The notes under the pieces: generated by a model
What the model saw: only the letters and a program-made list of their open reading frames with translations
What the model was told of the DNA's origin: nothing
Databases searched by the model: none
Origin: a virus
Taxonomy: Duplodnaviria; Heunggongvirae; Uroviricota; Caudoviricetes
IMG/VR virus record: IMGVR_UViG_2526164600_000002
Strand: one strand, 5' to 3'
Length of the DNA: 50,850 bases
Shown here: positions 9,404 to 20,806 of the stretch, in pieces
How the letters are laid out: every line of letters starts with the position of its first letter
Position numbering within the stretch: the stretch's first letter is position 1
Made by a program: the position numbers and the translations under genes

Positions 9404-12400
9404 TCAGCTGATGCTGATGCCTGCGGTGGCTTTCTTCATCACCACAACCAGCAAATCGCTGATACTTGCTGTGGGATACCAGTCATTTACCAGCCATGCT
9501 GACACCGAAAACTCCAGCGTCATGTGGCCGTGACCAGCTGGCATATCAATAACACCACTGTAAATCAGCGTATTATCCAGCGCGGTACGGTTATAAATTT
9601 CAGCACCATTTTTCTTCACTATCAGGCGGCATGACGAATAAATATCGTTATTCTCCCGCTCATGTTTAGCGCCGCAGAATGCCACCGCCGGAATAACAAT
9701 TTGCCTGTCAAAAGGCTGATCGTCATAAATCCTGACGGTAATGGTCCCTGATGGCCACCGCTCCGGTGCCCGGGAGTCCCGCGGGAAAGCCTTACCCACT
9801 GTTTTGACAATATCGCCTTCAATCTGGTTGGCTGACAGTTTCCCTTTAATCTGACAGTTCTCATTTATCGTAACGTTGTTGAGCGTCCCGGAGTTCGCAT
9901 TCACACTGCCACTGATATCTGCATTTTTAGCGGTCAACTTTCCGTCCGGTGTCAGGGAAAATGCCGGAGGATTACCGCCGCTGGTAATGGTGGGAGCCGT
10001 CAGATATTTCAGGAACACTTCATTCATGAATATCTGATCACCCTGACCAACAAACATCGGTTTTGTGTTGCCATTTGCAGGATTAATCATCGCAATCCTG
10101 TCTGCCGCCAGCAGCACCTGACTCTGCATGCCGTCGGGGGTGTTCTCAATACCGGCACCGATACCCGCGATATAAAGGCGTCCGTCCTGCATCTGCTGCA
10201 GCTTCACAGCCCACATGCTGTTCAGATTATTATTTGTATCAACCTGAACCTTCTGTATCTGCTGGATCGCTGCACTCTGGTCTTCCAGTTTCTTATTGAC
10301 GGTCTGTGTGATTTCATTGCTGACATCCGTAATGGATGTCCTGATTTCAGCCAGGTCAGGCGCAAGCTGACCGTTATCAATCTGCGTCCACAGCTCCTGA
10401 GCCAGATGGGTTTTCCCTATCTCGCCTTTGAAAAAATCCAGATAGCCGGATGCGTCATCACTCGGCTGACCAACAGCCTCCACGAATGCCGATTTGCCAA
10501 CGGTGTTCACACTGCGAACGTAAAAATAATAATTATGGCCCGGCCTGATATTGATACTGGCGGCTATCCAGTACAGCGCCGTGCCAAGATAGCGTGCTGT
10601 GGTTTCAACCTGCCTGATATCCGCAATCCGCTTTTCCGAGAACCAGAACTCAAACTGTACCGTCGGATCATAAACCGCAAGATGCGGCGTGGCGGTTATC
10701 TGAAAATAGCCCGGCGTCAGCTCAATCCGCGACGGCGCTGCCGGTGCGGCAATCCGGAACGATACCGACGCCGGATCGCCCTGCTGCCCCCACGCATTTA
10801 CTGCCCGGACTGTCAGCCTGTAGTTCCCCAGAGCCAGTTGTGTGAAGCGGTAAGTGGTTTCCGTCGTCCGGGCCGTGCTGACCAGCCGCTCACTGCCGTC
10901 ATCCGCTGCCACGGTCAGGCGAAGCATGAAACTCACGCCCTTCACCACCTTCGGCGTGTCCCAGCGGGCCAGTACCTGATACTCCCCGCTGTCTGCGGTG
11001 ACTTCGGCAGTCAGGTGATGCACTGCTGGCGGCGTGACACCATTCACCGTGCCGCTCTGGTCGCCGTCAAAGTGCGCCCCGTTATCCACGATAGCTTCTT
11101 TTTCCGGTACATGCTGCACGGCGGTGATGGCATACGTGCCGTCGTCGTTCTCACGGATACTCACGCAGCGGAACAGGCGCTGGCGCAGCGTCGGCAGCTT
11201 CAGCCCCCATACGCTGTATCCGGCAACGCCGTCAGGAACACGGCTCACTTTTACCTTCACGCCGTCGGTGACGGACTGGACCTCCACGCTGACCGGATTG
11301 CCACTTCCGTCAACCAGGCTTATCAGCGTGGTACCGGAGGATGGCAGCGTGATTTCACGGTCGAGCGTCAGCGTCCGGGTCTGGCTGTTCACCGCCAGCA
11401 CGCGCCCGCCGGTGCTGATCCCCGCATAGTCATCATCGCAGATTTCAATGACATCGCCCGGCACATGGCGAAGCCCTTCCGCACCCACGCTGAAGTCCAC
11501 GGTCTGCGTTTCCAGCAGTTCTGTTTTAATCAGCCACAGCCCGGCGCGGTGCGCCTGCCCCCGGCTGGTACAGCCAAAGGCATCCATCTTCGTGACGTTA
11601 CGACCGTAACGGAGAATGGCCTGCGTATCTTCAACAAGCTCTGTCGCCGTCTCCCAGCCGTTATCCGGGTCAATCCAGTTCACCTCAACGGCATTATGAC
11701 GGTCCTTCAGGGCACTGAAGCTGTAGCGGAACGGCGCGCCATCATCCGGCATCACCACATTACTGCGGTTATAGGTCCACACCTTATCCGACGGTCGGTC
11801 CTGCACGAACGTCAGCGTCTGCCCGTTCCATACCGGCATACAGCGCATCGCCGAGCAGAAATCACTGAGAACATCCCACGCCTTGCGCTGTGTGGTCAGG
11901 TAGGCATTACAGGTGATGCGCGGCTCCGTGCCACCAAAGCCATCCGGCACCGACTGGTCGCAATTCTGGCCGATGACATACAGCGCCCATTTGTCCACAT
12001 CCGCCGCACCGAGACGCTTCCCCATGCCGTAGCGCGGATGGGTCAGCATATCCCACAGACACCAGGCCATGTTGTTGCTGTATGCTGGCTTAAACGTTCC
12101 GTCCCAGATACCGCTGTATTGCCGCGTCTGCGGGTTATAGTTCGACGGCACCTGCAGAATGCGCCCGCGAAGATGATAATTACGGCTCACCTGCTGGCTG
12201 CCGAACTGTTCCGAGTCCACCTGCACGCCGACCAGTGCCGTGTTCGGGTAGCACTGTTTCACATCGATGATTTCGGTGTATGACGACCAGAGCGTTTTGT
12301 TCTGCAGCTGGTCTGTGGTGCTGTCCGGCGTCATTCTGCGCATCCGGATATTAAACGGGCGCGGCGGCAGGTTATCCACCACCACCGAGGCCAGATACTG

Positions 12401-12883
12401 CGAGGTGGTTTTGCCCTTAATGGTGATGTCTTTTTCCGTCACCCAGCCACCATTACGCTGTATCTGAACCAGCAGGCGAACTTCCGACGGATTCCGGTCC
12501 CCCTTTGAGGTGGTTTCCACCAGTGCCTGCACACCGAAGGTAAAGCGCAGTCGGTCGATGTTTGCCGACGTGATGGCGCGGGTGATCGGCGTGTCGTATT
12601 TCACTTCCGTACCCAACACCGTCTCGGAGCCGGAGGATTCAAATCCCTCCGGCGGAGTCTGCTCCTGCTCACCAGCCCGGAACACCACCGTGACACCGGC
12701 GATGTTGGTATTCCCATCACTGTCCAGCACCGACGTACTGTTCAGCAGCACGCTTTTTAATCCATCCACCGGACCTTCAATCGGCCCTTCACTGATGGCA
12801 TCAATCACACTCAGCAACTGCGTGGACTTCAGGTTGTCCTTCGCTTCGCGCGGGGTATGCCCCTTACTGCTTCCTTTACCCAT
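9404..12883 (-). CDS. J: Tail tip host-specificity protein J (central tail fibre)
   Basis: ORF track 1159 aa; N-terminus [24 protein letters not shown] as lambda gpJ; position. Confidence 0.9.
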   Translation of the reverse strand: MGKGSSKGHTPREAKDNLKSTQLLSVIDAISEGPIEGPVDGLKSVLLNSTSVLDSDGNTNIAGVTVVFRAGEQEQTPPEGFESSGSETVLGTEVKYDTPITRAITSANIDRLRFTFGVQALVETTSKGDRNPSEVRLLVQIQRNGGWVTEKDITIKGKTTSQYLASVVVDNLPPRPFNIRMRRMTPDSTTDQLQNKTLWSSYTEIIDVKQCYPNTALVGVQVDSEQFGSQQVSRNYHLRGRILQVPSNYNPQTRQYSGIWDGTFKPAYSNNMAWCLWDMLTHPRYGMGKRLGAADVDKWALYVIGQNCDQSVPDGFGGTEPRITCNAYLTTQRKAWDVLSDFCSAMRCMPVWNGQTLTFVQDRPSDKVWTYNRSNVVMPDDGAPFRYSFSALKDRHNAVEVNWIDPDNGWETATELVEDTQAILRYGRNVTKMDAFGCTSRGQAHRAGLWLIKTELLETQTVDFSVGAEGLRHVPGDVIEICDDDYAGISTGGRVLAVNSQTRTLTLDREITLPSSGTTLISLVDGSGNPVSVEVQSVTDGVKVKVSRVPDGVAGYSVWGLKLPTLRQRLFRCVSIRENDDGTYAITAVQHVPEKEAIVDNGAHFDGDQSGTVNGVTPPAVHHLTAEVTADSGEYQVLARWDTPKVVKGVSFMLRLTVAADDGSERLVSTARTTETTYRFTQLALGNYRLTVRAVNAWGQQGDPASVSFRIAAPAAPSRIELTPGYFQITATPHLAVYDPTVQFEFWFSEKRIADIRQVETTARYLGTALYWIAASINIRPGHNYYFYVRSVNTVGKSAFVEAVGQPSDDASGYLDFFKGEIGKTHLAQELWTQIDNGQLAPDLAEIRTSITDVSNEITQTVNKKLEDQSAAIQQIQKVQVDTNNNLNSMWAVKLQQMQDGRLYIAGIGAGIENTPDGMQSQVLLAADRIAMINPANGNTKPMFVGQGDQIFMNEVFLKYLTAPTITSGGNPPAFSLTPDGKLTAKNADISGSVNANSGTLNNVTINENCQIKGKLSANQIEGDIVKTVGKAFPRDSRAPERWPSGTITVRIYDDQPFDRQIVIPAVAFCGAKHERENNDIYSSCRLIVKKNGAEIYNRTALDNTLIYSGVIDMPAGHGHMTLEFSVSAWLVNDWYPTASISDLLVVVMKKATAGISIS

Positions 12884-12943
12884 TCCTCACGCTCCATAAA
12901 CGACAAAACCGCCCGCAGGCGGTTTCACATAAAACATTTTGCA

Positions 12944-13615
12944 TCAGCGACCAATCACCACAACCTGACCACCGTCCCCTTCGTCTGCCGTGCTGATCTC
13001 CTGAGAAACCACGCGTGACCCCACGCGCATTTCCCCGTACAGAACAGGCAGAACATTGCCCTGGGCAACCATGTTATCCAGTGAGGAGAAATAGGTGTTC
13101 TGCTTACCGTTATCCGTTGTCTGTGTACGGGGAGTTCTGGCTTTCGGTGCCAGCATCTGCGCCACACCACCGAGCACCATACTGGCACCGAGAGAAAACA
13201 GGATGCCGGTCATACCACCGGCCCCAATGGCTGCCCCCCATGCTGCAAGGGTGGCTCCGGCGGTAAAGAATGATCCGGCAATGGCGGCAGCCCCCAGGAC
13301 AATCTGGAATACGCCACCTGACTTGGCCCCGGCGACTCTGGGAACAATATGAATCACAGCGCCATCAGGCAGAGTCTCATGTAACTGCGCCGTTAACCCG
13401 GACGTGCTGACGTCCCGCCCGGCAATCCGTACCTGATACCAGCCGTCGCTCAGTTTCTGACGAAACGCCGGGAGCTGTGTGGCCAGTGCCCGGATGGCTT
13501 CAGCCCCCGTTTTCACACGAAGGTCGATGCGGCGACCAAATCGTTGTAAATCCCCGTAAAGGCAGATGCGCGCCATGCCCGGTGACGCCAGAGGGAGTGT
13601 GTGCGTCGCTGCCAT
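12944..13615 (-). CDS. I: Tail tip assembly protein I
   Basis: ORF track 223 aa, same length as lambda gpI; overlaps K by 103 bp as in lambda. Confidence 0.9.
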   Translation of the reverse strand: MAATHTLPLASPGMARICLYGDLQRFGRRIDLRVKTGAEAIRALATQLPAFRQKLSDGWYQVRIAGRDVSTSGLTAQLHETLPDGAVIHIVPRVAGAKSGGVFQIVLGAAAIAGSFFTAGATLAAWGAAIGAGGMTGILFSLGASMVLGGVAQMLAPKARTPRTQTTDNGKQNTYFSSLDNMVAQGNVLPVLYGEMRVGSRVVSQEISTADEGDGGQVVVIGR

Positions 13616-14256
13616 TTGTCGGTGTACCTCTCTCGTTTGCTCAGTTGTTCAGGAATATGGTGCAGCAGCTCGCCGTCGCCGCAGTAAATTGCGGCGTGAT
13701 TCGGCACCGATGAACCAAAACAGCACAGCAGCACATCGCCCGGCTGTGCCGCTGACAACGGCACCTGATACAGCCCTGTGGCCTCCAGATTATCCAGATA
13801 GAGATTCTGGCCGTTACGCCACCAGTCATCCTCACGATGAAAGGCCGGCATCTCAATCCCCGCCAGATGATAAGCATCCCGGAACAGTGTGTAACAGTCC
13901 GTCACACCGTGCTCAAAGCGCCGCCCGGTGAGATGCGGCACACAGCGGAACTTATGAATCGTCCCCCGGCAGACCAGCCACCACGGCAAATCACTCTGCA
14001 CCTGCAGCCGCCGGTCGGCCTCACTCAGCCAGGGCAGACCACCGGGGTGGCTGTGGACCAGCGCCACAATCTCACCCTGCATTTCTGCCTGCAGCCAGTC
14101 TTCCGGCGACATACGGAAATACGCCTCCGGCTCACCGGAGATATTCACGCAGGGGAAATATCTTTCCCCCTCCGGCGTGCTTACCACGAAGCCGCACGAC
14201 TCCGCTGGCGCACATCGCCGGGCGTGCGCCAGAATCGCTGATTCTGTCTGTGTCAT
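13513..14256 (-). CDS. K: Tail tip assembly protein K (JAB/MPN HSHP motif plus NlpC/P60-like region); true start may be internal
   Basis: ORF track 247 aa; JAMM-like motif VHSHPGG...SEAD; lambda K is annotated shorter (about 199 aa), so start is uncertain. Confidence 0.8.
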   Translation of the reverse strand: MTQTESAILAHARRCAPAESCGFVVSTPEGERYFPCVNISGEPEAYFRMSPEDWLQAEMQGEIVALVHSHPGGLPWLSEADRRLQVQSDLPWWLVCRGTIHKFRCVPHLTGRRFEHGVTDCYTLFRDAYHLAGIEMPAFHREDDWWRNGQNLYLDNLEATGLYQVPLSAAQPGDVLLCCFGSSVPNHAAIYCGDGELLHHIPEQLSKRERYTDKWQRRTHSLWRHRAWRASAFTGIYNDLVAASTFV

Positions 14257-14261
14257 GGGAT

Positions 14262-14960
14262 TTACTGCGAAAGTTTGTTAATGGAAAGGAAGCCGCCAAA
14301 GTTGCCGACGTTATTGCGGAACTTACAACCGCTCAGGCATTTGCTGCATTTATCCTTCGTGATATCGGACGTTGGCTGGTCATATTCATCCGCGACAGCC
14401 GGACCGCTATAACCGCACTCGTCACCGCGATAGGTCCAGGTGCAGGTGTTGGCCAGCATGATACGTCCCGGAAAAACAGCGCCATCCGTTTCCGTCGGCG
14501 TGGACAGTACAAAGGAGGCACTCACCGCGCTCAGTTCGCTGCACTGCTCAATGCGCCAGCGGCTGATCACCTCCTGCTCCGGATCGGCGCCACTGTTTCC
14601 GTTGACGAAGTTCACCGCATCCAGAAAACGGGCGTAAACCTTACGCCGGACCACCGTTCCACCGACCAGACTCTGCAGATCTTCCGCCATCCCGGTGACC
14701 ATACCGTACAGGTTAGAAACCGTCAGTGTGGGGCGCGTACTGGTGCCTTTGCCATTCAGTTCAAAACCACTCCCCTGAATGGGATACGGCTGATACTGTC
14801 GCCCCTGCCAGGTGACCGGCTCACCTTTTTCGTTCTGCTCATTACAGAAAAAATAACGTTCTCCACCGACCTCTGTCAGGTCGATTTCCCAGAGCACCAC
14901 GCTGGCCGACTGCTCCGCACGGGTGCATTCATTCAGTGTTTCCTGCCGGATATCCTGCAT
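14262..14960 (-). CDS. L: Tail tip assembly protein L
   Basis: ORF track 232 aa (lambda gpL length); position. Confidence 0.9.
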   Translation of the reverse strand: MQDIRQETLNECTRAEQSASVVLWEIDLTEVGGERYFFCNEQNEKGEPVTWQGRQYQPYPIQGSGFELNGKGTSTRPTLTVSNLYGMVTGMAEDLQSLVGGTVVRRKVYARFLDAVNFVNGNSGADPEQEVISRWRIEQCSELSAVSASFVLSTPTETDGAVFPGRIMLANTCTWTYRGDECGYSGPAVADEYDQPTSDITKDKCSKCLSGCKFRNNVGNFGGFLSINKLSQ

Positions 14961-15289
14961 CAGTTCACCACCTGTTCAAACTCTGCGCTGAACTCAACAC
15001 GCAGCATACTGACCCGCGACGACCATTTTGCGCAGGTCACCTTTATCTGCCGCCACTCATAAGGCGGCGTCCACAGAAAGGCTTTCCAGCCCCCGTGCTC
15101 TTCCAGAAACGACTCCAGTACCGTGGCCTCCTCACGGGGGACAGAAAGCGTCACGCTGTACGTTTTCAGGTTGGCATTCAGCCCGGCAGGCGCTCGCTGG
15201 GAATAGCCATCACCAAAGCGCACCTTTCTTACAGAAGGGGCCGAAGCCACATCCATACCGGGTTTCACTTTCCAGCGGAAGGTTTTCAT
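14960..15289 (-). CDS. M: Tail tip assembly protein M
   Basis: ORF track 109 aa (lambda gpM length); position. Confidence 0.9.
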   Translation of the reverse strand: MKTFRWKVKPGMDVASAPSVRKVRFGDGYSQRAPAGLNANLKTYSVTLSVPREEATVLESFLEEHGGWKAFLWTPPYEWRQIKVTCAKWSSRVSMLRVEFSAEFEQVVN

Positions 15290-17865
15290 CGTCCACCTCC
15301 GGAGAACAGACCACCATCGCGCATCTGTGCCTGGATTTCATCACGGGCACCCTTGCGGGCCATGTCATACACCGCCTTCATCATCTGTGGACCTGGCAGA
15401 CCATTCGTACCGTCGTTCTGAATCACCACGTGATTGTTCTGATTAAAATTAATGCCTTCAGCCCGCCGCATCTGCGCCGGACTTCCGGCACCGCCCACAT
15501 AACCACCTTCCGCATAGCCCCGCATCAGGCGGTACAGGTTGCCGACACCAATCCGGCTGGTTGCCTCCTTCGTGAAGACAAATTCACCACGGTGAACAAT
15601 CCCCGCTGGCTCATATTTGCCGCCGGTTCCCGTAAATCCCCCGGTCGCAAAATGGAATTTCGCCGCAGCGGCCTGAATGGCTGTACCGCCTGACGCGGAT
15701 GCGCCGCCACCAACAGCCCCGCCAATGGCGCTGCCGATACTCCCGACAATCCCCACCATTGCCTGCTTAAGCAGAATTTCTGTCATCATGGACAGCACGG
15801 AGCGGGTGAAGCTGCGCCAGTTCTGTTCACTGCCGGTCAGCATCGCCGCCATATTCTGCGCAATACCATCAAAGGTCTGCGTGGCTGCACTTTTAACCTG
15901 CGACATACTGTCCGTGGCACTCTCTTTCCACTCGCTCCAGCCGGACCTGAGGCCTGCCATCCAGTTCCCGCGAAGCAGGTCTTCAGCCGCCCAGGTCTTT
16001 TTCTGCTCTGACATGACGTTATTCAGCGCCAGAGGATTATCGCCATACTGTTCCTTCAGGCGCTGTTCCGTGGCTTCCCGTTCTGCCTGCCGGTCAGTCA
16101 GCCCCCGGCTTTTCGCATCAATAGCGGCCCGTTTTGCCCGTTGCTGCTGTGCGAATTTATCCGCCTGCTGCGCCAGCGCGTTCAGGCGCTCCTGATACGT
16201 AACCTTGTCGCCAAGTGCAGCCAGCTGGCGTTTGTACTCCAGCGTCTCATCTTTATGCGCCAGCAGGGATTTCTCCTGTGCAGACAGCTGGCGACGTTGC
16301 GCCGCCTCCTCCAGTACCGCGAACTGACTCTCCGCCTTCCACAAATCCCGGCGCTGCTGGCTGATTTTCTCATTTGCTCCGGCATGCTTCTCCAGCGTCC
16401 GGAGTTCTGCCTGAAGCGTCAGCAGGGCAGCATGAGCACTGTCTTCCTGACGATCGCCCGCAGACACCTTCACGCCGGACTGTTTCGGCTTTTTCAGCGT
16501 CGCTTCATAGTCCTTTTTCGCCGCCGCCATCAGCGTGTTGTAATCTGCCTGCAGAATTTTCCCGTCCTTCAGTGACTTGTTCAGTTCTTCCTGACGGGCG
16601 GTATATTTCTCCAGCGGCGTCTGCAGGCGTTCGTAAGCCTTCTGCGCCTCTTCGGTATATTTCAGCCGTGATGCCTCAGACTCGGCCCAGTCCTTTGCTG
16701 CCATCTCTCTGGCCTTTTCAAGATCGGCCTGCAACGTGGCGGCTGAAAGCCCAAGTTGCGCATTCGCTCTCTTCTCCCATGCTCCCCGGAGATTGGCAAG
16801 AAATGCTGAGGTTTTACCGCGCCGGTGGCTCCGGCTCTGATACCACTGCCATTTTTTGTCCGCCTCATCAAAAGCCTTTTCTGCTTTCTCCAGCATTCCC
16901 TGGGCAGTGTCCGGGCGACCAATATCCAGCACCGAATCCCACATGGATTTGAATGCCCGTGCTGTCCTGTCTGCCCAGGTCTCCAGCGTGCCCATGTTCT
17001 CTTTCAGGCGGCGGGTCTGGTCATCAAACCCTTTCGTTGCGGCCTCGTTCGCCGCCTGCAATGCCCCGGCTTCATCTCCGGAACGCTGCAACTGAGCAAC
17101 ATACGCAATCTGCTCCGCCGTCACGTTATGGAACTGACGTGCCATCGCTGTCAGTCCCGACGTCGGGTCTGTGGTCAGCTTCCCGAAGGCTTCAGCGACC
17201 TTGTCCACCTCCACGCCGGATGCAGAGGAGAAACGCGCCACACTCTGGCTGATCGCCTCAAACTGCTCACCACCACGCACACCGGCATTCACCAGCGCCG
17301 TCAGTGACTCGCTGGTCTGGTTAAACGTCAGCCCTGCCGCCTGCCCGGCTCTGGACAGGACCAGCATACGATCTGCCGTCAGTCCCGCCTGATTGCCGGA
17401 AAGGACCAGCGTTTTGTTGAAATCGGACAGGGTTGAGTTGCCCTGATACCAGGCATACGCCAGCGCACCGGTCGCCACCGCCAGCGAGGTGGCCCCCACC
17501 ATCGGCAGGGTGATCGCACCGGCAAGCCCCCTGAACATGGGGATCATCCCGCCGAAGGAGTCCTTAACCTGACCACCCTGTTGCAGCAGGATCAGCCACG
17601 GGCTTTGCCCGCCTGCAAGCTGCGTGGCCACGTCGGTGAACTGTGCAGGCAGCATACGCATGGCGGCTTTATACTGCCCGACGGAAATCCCCGCTTTCTG
17701 TGCAGCCAGCGCCTGTCGGCTCAGCGACTGTTCAACGACTGCCGCTGTTTTTTTCGCATCAGTTTCCGTACCGGAAAAATGACGCCTGACTCTGGCCATC
17801 TGCTCGTCAAATCTGGCCGCATCCAGACTTAAATCAACGACCAGATCGCCTACCGGTTCAGCCAT
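15286..17865 (-). CDS. H: Tail tape measure protein H
   Basis: ORF track 859 aa; coiled-coil rich; position between T and M. Confidence 0.9.
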   Translation of the reverse strand: MAEPVGDLVVDLSLDAARFDEQMARVRRHFSGTETDAKKTAAVVEQSLSRQALAAQKAGISVGQYKAAMRMLPAQFTDVATQLAGGQSPWLILLQQGGQVKDSFGGMIPMFRGLAGAITLPMVGATSLAVATGALAYAWYQGNSTLSDFNKTLVLSGNQAGLTADRMLVLSRAGQAAGLTFNQTSESLTALVNAGVRGGEQFEAISQSVARFSSASGVEVDKVAEAFGKLTTDPTSGLTAMARQFHNVTAEQIAYVAQLQRSGDEAGALQAANEAATKGFDDQTRRLKENMGTLETWADRTARAFKSMWDSVLDIGRPDTAQGMLEKAEKAFDEADKKWQWYQSRSHRRGKTSAFLANLRGAWEKRANAQLGLSAATLQADLEKAREMAAKDWAESEASRLKYTEEAQKAYERLQTPLEKYTARQEELNKSLKDGKILQADYNTLMAAAKKDYEATLKKPKQSGVKVSAGDRQEDSAHAALLTLQAELRTLEKHAGANEKISQQRRDLWKAESQFAVLEEAAQRRQLSAQEKSLLAHKDETLEYKRQLAALGDKVTYQERLNALAQQADKFAQQQRAKRAAIDAKSRGLTDRQAEREATEQRLKEQYGDNPLALNNVMSEQKKTWAAEDLLRGNWMAGLRSGWSEWKESATDSMSQVKSAATQTFDGIAQNMAAMLTGSEQNWRSFTRSVLSMMTEILLKQAMVGIVGSIGSAIGGAVGGGASASGGTAIQAAAAKFHFATGGFTGTGGKYEPAGIVHRGEFVFTKEATSRIGVGNLYRLMRGYAEGGYVGGAGSPAQMRRAEGINFNQNNHVVIQNDGTNGLPGPQMMKAVYDMARKGARDEIQAQMRDGGLFSGGGR

Positions 17866-18292
17866 ACCGGACTCCTCCTGCGATCCCTTCTGATACTGTC
17901 ATCAGCATTACGTCATCCTCCGTCATGTCCGCCACATCCGGGGAAGCGGGGATAACTTCATTCCCGTCCGGGCCAAAACGAACGCCTCCGGCAAGCCCTG
18001 CCGCTTTCTGCATCAGCACATCATCTTCAGGCTCTTCGTCAGCCTCGCGCCGGTTCAGCAGACTGAAATCCAGCGGATGCATCTCCGGATCGCTGAAAAA
18101 CAGGCTGAGCACGGTGTACGTCAGCCCGGAAAAGTGCATATCCAGCAGAACATCATGAAAATAATGGGTACTGTAAAAGCGGTGCCAGTCGGCATACTCC
18201 GTGGATGACATCCCGGCAAGCATGGCGCGCCAGTCGGGTCGCCCCATCTCACGCGCCAGTTTCAGGGCAAAACTCAGCTCACCGTCGAACAC
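17858..18292 (-). CDS. T: Tail assembly chaperone T frame (expressed as G-T fusion by -1 programmed frameshift)
   Basis: ORF track 144 aa beginning VFDGELSFALKLA; overlaps 3' end of G in the -1 frame. Confidence 0.8.
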   Translation of the reverse strand: MFDGELSFALKLAREMGRPDWRAMLAGMSSTEYADWHRFYSTHYFHDVLLDMHFSGLTYTVLSLFFSDPEMHPLDFSLLNRREADEEPEDDVLMQKAAGLAGGVRFGPDGNEVIPASPDVADMTEDDVMLMTVSEGIAGGVRYG

Positions 18293-18696
18293 TTTCCCGC
18301 AGAAACAGGCTCTGCAGGCCCGGCGTCCTCTGCCTGTTCAGGAGCATCATTCACCACAAACTCATACATACCGGACAGCCGGTACACCACGTTTTCAGCA
18401 TGAGAAATTGCCTCTGTGGGCCAGGTGGTAAGCACTTCCTGCTCAATCTGTTTAACGGCTTCATTCATGGAAGGCAGCTTTGTCTTCTTCGGATGGTTAT
18501 GCCACAGGGACATCGCCACCAGAAACGCGCCGGTTCTGATGGCGTCTTCCACAGTAAACTTCCGGTTGCTGTCTGACTCCGCCTGTTCTGCCTGCCGTTT
18601 CATCAGGGCGAGATGCTCAATACGCTGCAGGGCTGACAGTTCAGAAAGCGTGACGGTCACACCGTTATGTTCAAATGATTCGGTTTTCAGGAACAT
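18274..18696 (-). CDS. G: Tail assembly chaperone G
   Basis: ORF track 140 aa (lambda gpG length); ends ...AGKCSTVS after slippery site. Confidence 0.85.
   Translation of the reverse strand: MFLKTESFEHNGVTVTLSELSALQRIEHLALMKRQAEQAESDSNRKFTVEDAIRTGAFLVAMSLWHNHPKKTKLPSMNEAVKQIEQEVLTTWPTEAISHAENVVYRLSGMYEFVVNDAPEQAEDAGPAEPVSAGKCSTVS
18283..18289 (-). other. Slippery heptamer G GGA AAG for -1 programmed ribosomal frameshift (G to G-T)
   Basis: Plus-strand CTTTCCC at 18283-18289 is the reverse complement of GGGAAAG; zero frame gives G C-terminus, -1 frame continues into T. Confidence 0.7.
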
Positions 18697-18711
18697 CGCT
18701 GACTCTCCGGA

Positions 18712-19482
18712 TTAACTGGCGGTGACGTTGATTTCTGCAACCGCAGCAAACTCACCATTACCGGATACGACCGGAATGTTGACCTTGCCTGCAGCAACAC
18801 CTTTCACGGTGATGGTCATACCACTGACCGACACGGTGGCTTTTGTTTTATCCGCAGACACCGCACGGAAGCTCTTGTCGGTTGCGCCATCCGGCTGGAA
18901 TGCCACGGTCAGCGTGGTGCTCTGCCCTTTCACTACGGAAGCACTGGCGGGTGTCACCGTCATGCCGGTTGTCGCCGTCACCGTGCTGCGATCTTCTGCC
19001 ATCGACGGACGTCCCACATTGGTGACCTTCACCGTGCGGGTAATCACTTCCTTCGCCGTCACCGCCTTACCGATACTGCTGACCCAGCCACGGAACACAT
19101 CGACCGTGCCGTTCGGGAAGCGGATTTTATAGGCACGGGTATCGCCTTCATTAAACCACGCCAGCAGCGCCTGCTGCCCCTGCTCTCCGGGCATCCACGC
19201 CAGCGTGAAGCTGGTATCTCCGGCAGATTTCTGCCCCTGCCCGGTCGCAGTCCAGTCTGCATCTTCATCATCGAGATAGCTGTCGTCATAAGACTCAGCG
19301 GTCAGTTCGCCGGGCGTCAGGTCTTTAACTTTTGCCAGACGCGACCAGTCAACGTCTGAAAGCGGATTCGCATAAGGGTCACCACTCCCCTTATAAACCC
19401 ACAGGGTGGTCCCGGCCCCTTTCACCGGCATTACAGGATTTGGTACAGGCATAGCGTCCTCACATTTCATAGGTAATGACAT
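18712..19482 (-). CDS. V: Major tail protein V (with C-terminal Ig-like domain)
   Basis: ORF track 256 aa; position. Confidence 0.9.
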   Translation of the reverse strand: MSLPMKCEDAMPVPNPVMPVKGAGTTLWVYKGSGDPYANPLSDVDWSRLAKVKDLTPGELTAESYDDSYLDDEDADWTATGQGQKSAGDTSFTLAWMPGEQGQQALLAWFNEGDTRAYKIRFPNGTVDVFRGWVSSIGKAVTAKEVITRTVKVTNVGRPSMAEDRSTVTATTGMTVTPASASVVKGQSTTLTVAFQPDGATDKSFRAVSADKTKATVSVSGMTITVKGVAAGKVNIPVVSGNGEFAAVAEINVTAS

Positions 19483-19855
19483 AAGTCAGATCGGCTGAAC
19501 TCCACAGGCCCGCATCATCGTCGCGCCGATAGTCATAGCCGCTGGTCACCATACTGGTGATCAAATCTGACAGTGCCGGGATATCACTCATCACCGGATA
19601 AATCCGGGACTCCATCCACGCATCCAGCTCTGAATCCGGCACCTGAGCAGGCAGGAAAACTTCAATATGCAGCTCCGCCTGCCAGGTATCGCTGTCCAGC
19701 TCTTCGCCCGTGTATTCAGCGCCGGTGAGATAAACGGCAATTGCCGGAAAATCTTCCTCATCAAAAACAGCGGGGCGACCATCAAAAAGCGTCGCCCCGG
19801 TGTCATGCTTCTCCAGTGCATCCAGTACGGCTGCTCGGAGTTCAGTATGTTTCAT
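19460..19855 (-). CDS. U: Tail terminator protein U
   Basis: ORF track 131 aa (lambda gpU length). Confidence 0.9.
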   Translation of the reverse strand: MKHTELRAAVLDALEKHDTGATLFDGRPAVFDEEDFPAIAVYLTGAEYTGEELDSDTWQAELHIEVFLPAQVPDSELDAWMESRIYPVMSDIPALSDLITSMVTSGYDYRRDDDAGLWSSADLTYVITYEM

Positions 19856-20430
19856 CGCTTTATTACCATCCTCAGTTGATGCTGCAGCGCATAGCCCAGC
19901 TCTTTCGGAAGACGCTCACGCCGTATCCGCTCAATATTCTGTTTAAACGCCGTGGTCAGCGGCACCGCCATCGGGATTTTCACCACATCAATGGGGTAAC
20001 GATTTTTCCCGGCCACACGCTGCATGACATGCCAGCGGCCATTTTTCAGTTGCTGAATAAACGCGCCGGGAATACGACGGTTTCCCACCACAAGCACGCT
20101 GCCGCCACCTTTCAGGGCTGAACGCTGCCCCTTTTTACGACGCCTGCGTCGGGACAGGACAATCCGCGCGTTACCCAGCTTTATTACGGGCAAATCCCCC
20201 CGGTTAACCTTGATTCTGGCCTGCGGATTTTTGACCGTGGCCCTTTTCAGCCTGGCCCTTTCCTTTACCAGTTTCCGGCGTACCTTTGTCTCACGGGCAA
20301 CCTGTGACGCCGACTGCGATATCGCGGATGAAGCAACGCGGTTAATGGCCATTGCGGCGGCACCGGGCACCGCCGTTCTGCTGATACGGCTGAGGTTTTC
20401 AACGGCCTGCTCAAGACCTTTTATGGCCAT
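19852..20430 (-). CDS. Z: Tail completion protein Z
   Basis: ORF track 192 aa (lambda gpZ length). Confidence 0.9.
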   Translation of the reverse strand: MAIKGLEQAVENLSRISRTAVPGAAAMAINRVASSAISQSASQVARETKVRRKLVKERARLKRATVKNPQARIKVNRGDLPVIKLGNARIVLSRRRRRKKGQRSALKGGGSVLVVGNRRIPGAFIQQLKNGRWHVMQRVAGKNRYPIDVVKIPMAVPLTTAFKQNIERIRRERLPKELGYALQHQLRMVIKR

Positions 20431-20441
20431 ACATCCCCCTT

Positions 20442-20795
20442 TCAGCGGCGACGGTTAACGGCAGGCGGTACGCCCCGCCCAAGCCAGAGATGACAGCTTC
20501 CGCCATCATCTGGCGAAATCCGGTCTATCCAGAAGTTTTCCTCACCGATGGTCAGCGTGTCGCCGCGCCGCAGCTGCCGCACATCATCAGTCCGGACAAA
20601 CAGGGACGGGCTGGAGCCTTCAACGCGCACGCCCTGTCCGGCATAGCTGATATTTTCAGGGTCATCAAAAACACCACGTATCACAGCACCGGACTGCTCA
20701 CCGGATGTCATGGTGGCTGACGTTCCCATGTACCCGCGTATCGTTTCATCGGCGCGGGCAATGGCAGCATCGAACAGGTTATCGAAATCAGCCAC
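20442..20795 (-). CDS. FII: Head-tail joining protein FII
   Basis: ORF track 117 aa (lambda gpFII length). Confidence 0.9.
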   Translation of the reverse strand: MADFDNLFDAAIARADETIRGYMGTSATMTSGEQSGAVIRGVFDDPENISYAGQGVRVEGSSPSLFVRTDDVRQLRRGDTLTIGEENFWIDRISPDDGGSCHLWLGRGVPPAVNRRR

Positions 20796-20806
20796 AGCGC
20801 CTCCCG

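Noticed and set aside
10406-12283. 625-aa plus-strand ORF
   Set aside because: Lies entirely antisense to J, whose identity is secure; Arg/Pro/His-rich composition typical of antisense reading of a GC-rich gene
14250-17392. Plus-strand ORFs of 270, 161, 221, 172, 144, 192, 160 aa
   Set aside because: Antisense to L, M and the tape measure gene H; no start context or motifs
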